A stretch of 34,714 nt of DNA from Candidatus Eiseniibacteriota bacterium (GTDB taxonomy: Bacteria; Eisenbacteria; RBG-16-71-46; SZUA-252), in contig JANMQV010000129.1 of assembly GCA_031370645.1 (NCBI GenBank), positions 1-34,714 on the forward strand, written 5' to 3'. The notes beneath the pieces are model-generated. The model was not told the DNA's origin, did not search any database, and was given only the letters and a program-made list of their open reading frames with translations. Each line of letters opens with the position of its first letter. Positions within the stretch are counted from its first letter, which is position 1. Below are positions 26,574 to 34,714 of the stretch, one piece after another. A program made the translations under genes and the position numbers.

Positions 26574-27565
26574 GCCAGGCATCCGCGGCGCCACCGCCCG
26601 CCTCCGGCGCGTCGCCCTCCCTTTTGAAGCCCGAGATGAAGAAGACCCGCGAGGGCTTCGGACACGGGCTCGTGGAACTGGGAGAGAAGAATCCGAACAT
26701 CGTCGTCCTCGTCGGGGACCTCTCCGGCTCGACGAACGTGAACTATTTCGCCGAGAAATTCCCCGATCGCTTCATCCAGGTCGGGATCGCGGAGCAAAAC
26801 ATGATGTGCGTGGCGGCCGGTCTCGCGGCGGTGGGGAAGATCCCGTTCCTCGCCACGTACGGCGCCTTCGCCTCGTGCCGCTCGGCCGATCAGATCCGAG
26901 TCACCGTGGCCTACTCCGACCTTCCGGTGAAGATCGGCGGCGCGCACGGCGGCATCAGCGTGGGGCCCGACGGCGCGACGCACCAGGCGATGGAGGAGAT
27001 CGCGATCATCCGCTCCATCCCGAACATGCGCATGGTCGTCCCGTGCGACTACTGGGAGACGAAGAAGGCGACGATCGCCATCGCGGGGGATCCGCACCCC
27101 TACTACATCCGCTTCGGCCGCGAGCCGGTGCCCGTGGTCACGACGGCCGAGACGCCGTTCGTCATCGGGAAAGCGAACGTGCTTCGGGAAGGGAAAGACC
27201 TCGCCATCATCGCCTGCGGCGTCATGGTCTACGAAGCGTTGGTGGCGGCCGAGCAGCTCGCGGCTCGGGGCGTGCAAGCGCGCGTGCTGAACATGCACAC
27301 GCTGAAGCCGCTCGACGAAGAAGCCATCGCCCGCGCGGCGCGCGAATGCGGCGCAATCGTGACGGCGGAGGAACACCAGGTGCACGGAGGCTTGGGAAGC
27401 GCGGTCGCGGAAGTGGTGGTGGCGACGCATCCCGTGCCGATGGAACTCGTGGCCGTGCAGGACCGGTTCGGACGGTCGGGGAAGCCGGATGAGTTAATGG
27501 CTGCGTTCGGGATCAAGTCACCGGATATCGTGAAGGCTGCGGATCGGGTTCTCGCGCGGAAGTAA
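26570..27565 (+). CDS. Transketolase, C-terminal subunit
   Basis: ATGA overlap. FPDRFIQVGIAEQNM, GPDGATHQ, YIRFGR, TLKPLD, TAEEHQVHGGLGSAVAE. Confidence 0.93.
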   Translation: MSQASAAPPPASGASPSLLKPEMKKTREGFGHGLVELGEKNPNIVVLVGDLSGSTNVNYFAEKFPDRFIQVGIAEQNMMCVAAGLAAVGKIPFLATYGAFASCRSADQIRVTVAYSDLPVKIGGAHGGISVGPDGATHQAMEEIAIIRSIPNMRMVVPCDYWETKKATIAIAGDPHPYYIRFGREPVPVVTTAETPFVIGKANVLREGKDLAIIACGVMVYEALVAAEQLAARGVQARVLNMHTLKPLDEEAIARAARECGAIVTAEEHQVHGGLGSAVAEVVVATHPVPMELVAVQDRFGRSGKPDELMAAFGIKSPDIVKAADRVLARK

Positions 27566-27578
27566 GTTTGGCGGTTTA

Positions 27579-27633
27579 CGCGTTTCGAGGCGGGGTAGCG
27601 TCTCGAATCGCGCCGGGCTTCGCCCCCAAGCCC
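27579..27633. terminator. Two hairpins between convergent tkt and bshB1 genes
   Basis: Stem 27579-27592 / 27599-27612 (13 of 14 positions paired, one of them G-U), then GGGCTT-CGCCCCC-AAGCCC. No clear U-tract. Confidence 0.45.
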
Positions 27634-27644
27634 CGTCCCCGCGA

Positions 27645-28386
27645 TCAGCCGGTGAACGAGCCAGGAACAACGCGAGGCGCCGAGAGGAATCCGGCCAGCG
27701 ATCGAATGCCGAGAGGTTCACTGCTGTGGAACGGCTCCCCGTACTTCGCTCCGATCATCGCTCCGTAGTGCCGCGCGCGCGATTCGACTCGATCCAGAAA
27801 ATCGTCGGCGTTGAGGGGAGTCGGCTGTCGATCGGTCGCGGCTCGCGAGACTTGGGTTTCGTGCGCGAGGATGGCGAGGCGCTTCGTCTCCCAGACTGAG
27901 GTCACGTCGATGACGAAGGAGGGCGTGAAGCCGACGCGCGATGCGAAGTGGTAGCGCGACCCCGGACGAAACGGTTCCTTCCCCGGCGCGAAGCGGCGAA
28001 GTCCCGCGAGGTACCAGGCGCGATCGAGCAGAAGGGAAGCGGCGACGTGATCGGGGTGCCGGTCTTGCGGAAAGTGGGTCAGCAGCACCGCGGGGCGAAG
28101 GCGGCGGAGCCAGGAGACGACGGCCTCCGTCTGGGCGTTGTCGGCCGCGGAGATGCCGCCGTCCGGGAGACCCGCGTTCCAGCGGCCAACCACGCTCAAG
28201 AGTCCGGCCGCCGCGTCCGCTTCGCTGGCCCGCTCCTCCGGCGTCCCGTTCGTCGAGAGTTCGCCGCGCGTCAGGTCGAGGATACCAACCGAAAAGCCCT
28301 GGGACGCCGCAAGCGCCAGTGTGCCGCCGCAAGAGATCTCCACGTCGTCCGGATGGGCCCCGACGGCGAGGAGATCGAGGGAGTCG

Positions 28387-28406
<20 letters not shown>
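27645..28406 (-). CDS. bshB1: Bacillithiol biosynthesis N-acetylglucosaminyl-malate deacetylase (PIG-L family)
   Basis: LAVGAHPDDVEISCGGTL, DLTRGELSTNGTPEER..EA, DRHPDH, PSFVIDVT, RARHYGAMIGAKYGEPF. Confidence 0.85.
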
Positions 28407-29379
<973 letters not shown>

Positions 29380-29409
29380 AGAACTCCCGCTGGGGGTCTC
29401 CCGGCGCGA

Positions 29410-29745
29410 CTAGCGCTTCGGGTCCTCGAAGAGCGACGCGTCGACTTCATCCCAGTCGCTTTGCGGCTCGTTCCAGGTGTAGAGCCGCATCTTCTGGGTG
29501 ATTTCCGTCTTGGAGAAGACGTATTCGACGTGCGAGCCGGCTCCCGCGCGATTGGAAAAGTGACGCTTGGAGTCGAGGATGACGGGGCGAGTGGTGCGGG
29601 TCAGTTTCATTCGGCCGACGGGGCCTTGCCAGATGACCGACTCCACCGTGGCCTGCGTTTCCTCGTCCTCCACCTCGTCGAATTCGAGGTTTCCGAACTG
29701 TTTGTCGAGGCGCCGCAGCACCTGTTCCCAGCGCTGATCGTTCAT
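29410..29745 (-). CDS. Conserved-looking hypothetical protein (111 aa)
   Basis: GGAG lies 5 nt before ATG 29745. Globular, acidic, non-GC-biased translation (MNDQRWEQV...GPVGRMKL...RPVILD...YSNR-like FSNRAG...VEYVFS...YTWNE..DWDEVD). Confidence 0.8.
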   Translation of the reverse strand: MNDQRWEQVLRRLDKQFGNLEFDEVEDEETQATVESVIWQGPVGRMKLTRTTRPVILDSKRHFSNRAGAGSHVEYVFSKTEITQKMRLYTWNEPQSDWDEVDASLFEDPKR

Positions 29746-29799
29746 CGCATCTCCGAGCATTGATGGAATGGTCGCGAGCGCTCTATAGTAGCACACACC

Positions 29800-30555
29800 A
29801 TGGCACCCCGAAAGATGACCACGCCCGGCGCGACCGGATTCACAGGACGCCGCGCGCTCGTGATCGGCGGCTCACGCGGACTCGGCCGCGCGATCGCGCT
29901 CGATCTTGCGGACGCCGGCGCGCGTGTGCTCGCCGCGGGGCGAACGGTAGCGGCGCTTCGTGAAACACGCGCCGTGGCGGCCGCCCGCGGCTTGATTCTC
30001 GAAACCGCGCGCGGCGATGCGACGAAACGCTCGGTGGTCCGCGCGCTCGTTCGCCGCGCGGCATCGCCCGACATCCTGGTCGTCTCCGCGGGGGACTATT
30101 GGGAGGGCCCGCTCGCGAGGCTCACGGACAAGACCTGGAGAATTCTGGTCGACTCGAATGTGACAAGCGCGCTTCTCGCCCTTCAGGAGGCGCTCCCGGG
30201 CATGCGCCGCCGCCGCTACGGGAGAATCCTCCTTTTCGGCGTGGCCGGGAGCGAAACCCCGCGCGCCGCGCCGAGGGCGCACGCCTACCGCGCCCTGAAG
30301 ACGGCGCTCCTCTCCCTCGCGCGGAGCGTTGCCGTCGAAGAGGCCGAAAATGGCATCACCGTGAACGTCATTCTCCCCGGGGTGATCCGCACGCCTGGTT
30401 TGCCGCGCGTCTGGCGCGACGCCGGCGCTCGAATCCCCGCCCGGCGGCTCGGCACGCCCCACGAGGTATCGCGCGCCGCGCTCTTCCTTCTGGCGGAAGA
30501 GTCTGGCTATATCACCGGGTCGGCGCTCGCGGTCTCCGGCGGATTTCTCCTCTAG
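29800..30555 (+). CDS. Classical SDR family oxidoreductase (FabG-like)
   Basis: ALVIGGSRGLG, DILVVSAG, YRALK (YxxxK), GITVNVILPG, IPARRLG, YITG. The start could be 29815. Confidence 0.88.
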   Translation: MAPRKMTTPGATGFTGRRALVIGGSRGLGRAIALDLADAGARVLAAGRTVAALRETRAVAAARGLILETARGDATKRSVVRALVRRAASPDILVVSAGDYWEGPLARLTDKTWRILVDSNVTSALLALQEALPGMRRRRYGRILLFGVAGSETPRAAPRAHAYRALKTALLSLARSVAVEEAENGITVNVILPGVIRTPGLPRVWRDAGARIPARRLGTPHEVSRAALFLLAEESGYITGSALAVSGGFLL

Positions 30556-30581
30556 GAACCGAGCGCGAAGGAAAGGAAGCG

Positions 30582-31073
30582 ATGAAAGGATCGATGGAAC
30601 TCGTGCGCCTGGTCACCCCAAGCGAGGCCAATCTCATTCTGGGGCACGCGCACTTCATCAAAACCGCCGAGGATCTCTACGAGACGGTCGTGAACGCGGT
30701 GCCGCAGGCGGCGTTCGGCGTCGCGTTCTCGGAAGCGTCGGGGCCGCGACTCATCCGTAGCGAGGGGAACGACGCTGAATTGACGCGCGCCGCGGAAGCG
30801 GAGCTGGCGAAGATCGGCTGCGGCCACACGTTTCTCCTCTTTCTGCGAAACGCCTTCCCGATCAACCTGCTCCGCGACGTCCGCGCCTGCGTGGAAGTGG
30901 CGGCCGTTCACTGCGCCACCGCCAATCCGGTCACGGTCGTCGTGGTTCGCGACGGAGACGCGGGCGCCGTGGTGGGCGTGATGGACGGCGCGGGGCCTCT
31001 CGGCGTGGAGGACGACGTCCAGGCGAAGGCGCGGCGCGCGTTCATTCGGAAGATCGGCTACAAACTCCCCTGA
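30582..31073 (+). CDS. Adenosine-specific kinase family protein (DUF355)
   Basis: NLILGHAHFIKTAEDLYE, FGVAFSEASGPRLIRSEGND, GHTF, AFPIN, CATANP, IGYK. Start at 30582 or 30594. Confidence 0.88.
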   Translation: MKGSMELVRLVTPSEANLILGHAHFIKTAEDLYETVVNAVPQAAFGVAFSEASGPRLIRSEGNDAELTRAAEAELAKIGCGHTFLLFLRNAFPINLLRDVRACVEVAAVHCATANPVTVVVVRDGDAGAVVGVMDGAGPLGVEDDVQAKARRAFIRKIGYKLP

Positions 31074-31120
31074 ATCGCCCCGATCCGAAGCGGTGCCGCC
31101 CGAGCGGGTCGACCGCCGCG

Positions 31121-31149
31121 TTGACCACGCATTTTCAAGGTGTTAGCCT
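31121..31149 (+). promoter_or_regulatory. Putative recJ-rel promoter TTGACC-N17-TAGCCT with extended -10 TG
   Basis: -35 at 31121-31126, TG at 31141-31142, -10 at 31144-31149. Confidence 0.65.
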
Positions 31150-31200
31150 CATGCATCGTGGCCGACTCGCGGCCGACCCACCCCCAGCCCCTGAGGTAGC

Positions 31201-32940
31201 GTGCGCCCCGTAACCCCGAAGACCTGGATTGTCCGGACCGAAGCCGAACCGGGCGTGGCCGCGTCGCTTGCCTCGGAGTTGGGCGTCACCCCGACCTTCG
31301 CCCGCCTCCTCGCGAACCGGGGGTTCCGTGACGCCCTCGAAGTGCAGCGTTTTCTCGAGCCCTCCATGGACCGCCTCCTCGATCCCTTCACGATGCGCGA
31401 CATGGAGCTCGCCGTCGCCCGCATTTGGAAAGCGATCGAGGCCGAAGAGCAGATTCTCGTCTTCGGCGACTACGACGTCGACGGAATCACCGCCACCTCG
31501 CTCCTCTCCTCCTCGCTGGAGGCGATCGGCGCCAAGGTGACCTACTTCATCCCCGACCGCATCCGGGACGGCTACGGCCTGAGCGTCCGCGGCGTGGAGA
31601 TGGCGCGGAAGCGTCGAACCAAACTGATCATCACCGCCGACTGCGGCATCACGGCGGTGGCGGAAGTGAAACTCGCGATCGAGCAGGGGATGGAGGTGAT
31701 CGTCACCGACCACCACGAGCCGCTCGGCGAGGAATTGCCGAAGGCGGTGGCGATTCTGAACCCGAAACGCCGCGACTGCCCCTACGCGTTCAAGGACCTG
31801 GCCGGAGTCGGCGTCGTCCTGAAGCTCGTGCAGGGACTCAAGGCCTCTCGCCCGGATGCCTTCCCCGAAGGCTTCGTGGAACGGAATCTCGATCTCGTCG
31901 CGCTCGGCACCATCGCCGACGTCGTTCCGCTGGTGGGGGAGAATCGGATCTTCGCGAAGCTCGGTCTCGACCAGCTGCACGATTCGCATCGCCCCGGCAT
32001 CACCGCGCTCAAAGAGGTGGCGGGCCTCACCGCGCGCCGCATCGAAAGCGGGCACGTCGCCTACATCCTGGCCCCCCGCATCAACGCGGCGGGGCGGCTT
32101 GGAAACGCCGAGAGCGGCGTGCGCCTTCTCCTCTCCACCGAGCGGGGCGAAGCGCTCTCAATCGCGGAGAGCCTGGAAGAGGACAACACGAACCGGAAGA
32201 AGATCGACGAATCGACGCTCGAGGACGCGCTCGAGATGCTGCGGCGCGTCGGATCGGAACTGCCTCCGGCGATCGTGCTCTGGTCCGATCGCTGGCACCC
32301 GGGCGTCCTCGGCATCGTCGCCTCGCGCCTCATGGAGCGCTTCCACCGTCCGACGATCCTCATCTCGGCCGACGAGGACGAGGGGAAGGGGTCCGGAAGG
32401 AGCATCAAGGGGTTCGATGTCTGCCAGGCGCTGCAGGAGTGTCGTGCCCATCTCGTCGGGTTCGGAGGACACTCCTACGCGGCGGGTCTGACGATCCGCG
32501 CGGAGAATCTCGAAGCCTTCCGCGATCAGTTCTGCCGCGTCGTGGCGGAGCGGATGCGCCCCGAAGACTACGTCCCGACGCTCGCGATCGACGGGATGCT
32601 GCCTCTGGAGGAATGCAACGAGGATCTGGTCCGCGCCCTCGAGCGACTGTCGCCCTTCGGTATCGGGAACGCGGAGCCGCTCTTCGTGGCGGAGAACGTG
32701 GCGTTCGGCGCACCGCCGATGGTCGTGAGCAAGAATCACCTGAAAATGAGCATTCGCCAAAACGGCCGCGAGCTCGACTGCATCGGCTTCGGCCTCGGCT
32801 ACCTTGCCGGGCCGCTCCGCACGGAATCGGGGCGCCTGTCGGTAGCGTTCGTCCCGACGATCAACGTCTGGCAGAACCGCTCCCGCCTGCAGCTCAAGCT
32901 GCGGGACATCCAGGTGCGCCCTCATGGATCCGGCGCCTGA
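31201..32940 (+). CDS. recJ: Single-stranded-DNA-specific exonuclease RecJ
   Basis: GDYDVDG, ITADCG, VTDHH, LAGVGV, LGTIADVVPL, APRINAAGR, WHPGVLGIVASR, GSGRS, GGHSYAAG, PFGIGN. Confidence 0.97.
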   Translation: MRPVTPKTWIVRTEAEPGVAASLASELGVTPTFARLLANRGFRDALEVQRFLEPSMDRLLDPFTMRDMELAVARIWKAIEAEEQILVFGDYDVDGITATSLLSSSLEAIGAKVTYFIPDRIRDGYGLSVRGVEMARKRRTKLIITADCGITAVAEVKLAIEQGMEVIVTDHHEPLGEELPKAVAILNPKRRDCPYAFKDLAGVGVVLKLVQGLKASRPDAFPEGFVERNLDLVALGTIADVVPLVGENRIFAKLGLDQLHDSHRPGITALKEVAGLTARRIESGHVAYILAPRINAAGRLGNAESGVRLLLSTERGEALSIAESLEEDNTNRKKIDESTLEDALEMLRRVGSELPPAIVLWSDRWHPGVLGIVASRLMERFHRPTILISADEDEGKGSGRSIKGFDVCQALQECRAHLVGFGGHSYAAGLTIRAENLEAFRDQFCRVVAERMRPEDYVPTLAIDGMLPLEECNEDLVRALERLSPFGIGNAEPLFVAENVAFGAPPMVVSKNHLKMSIRQNGRELDCIGFGLGYLAGPLRTESGRLSVAFVPTINVWQNRSRLQLKLRDIQVRPHGSGA

Positions 32941-34714
32941 CCCGCGTTCCGAGGCGCATCTAGCCCCGCTCCTCGACGCCCTCCGCCGCACTTCCCGCGC
33001 CTTCGACGAGGCGGGAATCCGACGCGCCTACGACTTCGCCGTAGAAGCGCACCGCGCTCAGAAGCGGATGAGCGGCGAGCCCTACATCGCCCACCCTGTC
33101 GCCGTCGCCACGATCCTTGTCGATCTCCTCGGCGCGGGAGCGGCCACGACGCTCCTCCAGGCGGCGCTCCTCCACGACGTCGTCGAAGACACCGAGCAGA
33201 AGTTGGAACAGGTGCGCCAGACTTTCGGCGCGGAAGTGGCGGGTCTGGTGGACGGTGTCACGAAGATCAGCGGTCTCCACCTCGAGCGCCCGGAGCGGGA
33301 GCAGGCCGAGAATTTCCGGAAGATGCTTTTCTCGATGGCACGCGATCTCCGGGTGATTCTCATCAAGCTGGCGGACCGGCTCCACAACATGCGGACGATT
33401 CAGGGACTCGGGGACGAGCGGGCCAAGCGGGTCGCGCGGGAGACACGGGAGATCTATGCGCCGCTCGCGCACCGGCTCGGGATCGGAACGGTGAAGTGGG
33501 AACTCGAGGACCTCAGTTTCAAGACGCTGGATCCGGAGGCGTTCGACGAATTGCGGCAGAAGGTCACGATGAAGCGCGAAGAGCGCGAGGCCGTAATTTC
33601 CGCCGTGATCGCGCCGGTCCGGGAGCGGCTGGCCGAACTCGGCGTCGCGGCGGAGGTGAGCGGACGGCCGAAGCATCTCGAATCGATCCACCGGAAGATG
33701 GTCGCGCAAGGGCGGCGCTTCGAGGAGATTTTCGATCTCCTCGGCGTTCGCGTCGTCACGACCGACAAGGCCGATTGCTATCGCGTCCTCGGCATCGTGC
33801 ACGACCTCTTCACCCCGGTGCACGACCGCTTCAAGGACTACATCGCCACGCCGAAGAGCAACATGTATCAGTCGCTTCACACCACCGTCGTCGCCACCGG
33901 CGGGGTGATGGTGGAGTTCCAGATCCGAACGCGCGAGATGCATCAGATCTCGGAACTGGGCGTGGCCGCGCACTACCGCTACAAAGAGGGTGGGCGCGAA
34001 ACCGACGCGGAGTTGCAGGAAAAGCTGGCCCCTCTCCTCACGTCGGTCGACTTTCAGGGCTCGGCGAGCGACCCCGAGGAGTTCATGGACTACTTGAAGA
34101 CCTCGCTCTACCAGGACGAGGTCTTCGTCTTCACGCCCCGAGGAGATCTGAAACGGCTGCCGCGTGGAGCCACGCCTCTCGACTTCGCCTACCACGTCCA
34201 CACGGAGGTCGGCCACCGCTGCGTCGGTGCGAAGGTGAACGGCAGGATCATTCCGCTCCGCACCGCGCTTCGTAACGGCGACCACGTGCACGTGATCACC
34301 TCTCCGATGGGGAAGCCGACACGCGACTGGCTCAAGATCGTGCAGACCGTGAGCGCGCGGAACAAGATCCGCCACTGGCTCAAGGTCGCGGCGCACAGCG
34401 ACAGCGTCGTCCTCGGTAAGGAGATGCTCGACCGGGAACTCCGCCGCCGCCGGCTCACGCCTCCCGCGGCCGTCTCCCTGGAGGATCTCGCCGCCTCGCT
34501 CGGGCACGCGGAGGTGGCTTCGCTCCACGCCGCCATCGGATCAGGCGACCTCTCCGTGGCCGCCGTGCTTCACAAGTGGTTCCCGGACGGCGGAGGCCCG
34601 GTGCAGAAGCTGAAGGAGGCCTCGCTCGAGACCTTTCGGGCCCTCACGGGGCGCTCCTCGAAGGGCGTCCGACTCCAAGGCGTGGACAATCTGATGGTCA
34701 ACTATGCGCGCTGC
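32924..34714 (+). CDS. rel: Bifunctional (p)ppGpp synthetase/hydrolase, RelA/SpoT family (3' partial; absent from the ORF track because it has no stop in the window)
   Basis: Manual translation from ATG 32924: AYDFAVEAHRAQKRMSGEPYIAHP, ALLHDVVEDT (HD), IKLADRLHNMRT, APLAHRLG, RFKDYIATPKSNMYQSLHTT, EFQIRT, TGS domain VFTPRG...DFAYHVHTEVG...GAKVNG. Confidence 0.96.
   Translation, partial: MDPAPDPRSEAHLAPLLDALRRTSRAFDEAGIRRAYDFAVEAHRAQKRMSGEPYIAHPVAVATILVDLLGAGAATTLLQAALLHDVVEDTEQKLEQVRQTFGAEVAGLVDGVTKISGLHLERPEREQAENFRKMLFSMARDLRVILIKLADRLHNMRTIQGLGDERAKRVARETREIYAPLAHRLGIGTVKWELEDLSFKTLDPEAFDELRQKVTMKREEREAVISAVIAPVRERLAELGVAAEVSGRPKHLESIHRKMVAQGRRFEEIFDLLGVRVVTTDKADCYRVLGIVHDLFTPVHDRFKDYIATPKSNMYQSLHTTVVATGGVMVEFQIRTREMHQISELGVAAHYRYKEGGRETDAELQEKLAPLLTSVDFQGSASDPEEFMDYLKTSLYQDEVFVFTPRGDLKRLPRGATPLDFAYHVHTEVGHRCVGAKVNGRIIPLRTALRNGDHVHVITSPMGKPTRDWLKIVQTVSARNKIRHWLKVAAHSDSVVLGKEMLDRELRRRRLTPPAAVSLEDLAASLGHAEVASLHAAIGSGDLSVAAVLHKWFPDGGGPVQKLKEASLETFRALTGRSSKGVRLQGVDNLMVNYARC

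Noticed and set aside
32960-34528. 522-aa minus-strand ORF
   Set aside because: Antisense shadow of rel, whose plus-strand frame carries all family motifs.

Overview
A high-GC (roughly two-thirds G+C, estimated by eye), gene-dense bacterial chromosomal segment from a diderm organism. FlgD-Ig/T9SS-like C-terminal tails, a PorV-family barrel and a GWxTD protein point to an FCB-related candidate phylum such as Eisenbacteria or Latescibacteria (inference only). The left half (1-18.4 kb) is envelope and secretion rich. It holds two CTD-tailed secreted proteins (one an HExxH metalloprotease), DUF4912 plus a GH57 branching enzyme, a lipoprotein + FadL/PorV-like barrel + tldD/tldE unit, and a tightly packed TonB-dependent receptor / 927-aa CTD-tailed partner / PorV-family barrel / GWxTD cassette. 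That cassette is the best candidate for an undescribed system. The right half is mostly housekeeping: pfk-gap-pgk-tpiA-secG-tRNA-Leu(GAG), a Zn-ribbon gene, methyltransferase-epimerase, split transketolase, a hypothetical-glpX-bshB1 unit on the minus strand, SDR, DUF355 kinase, recJ and a partial rel (absent from the ORF track). I saw no CRISPR array, rRNA, transposase or integrase.
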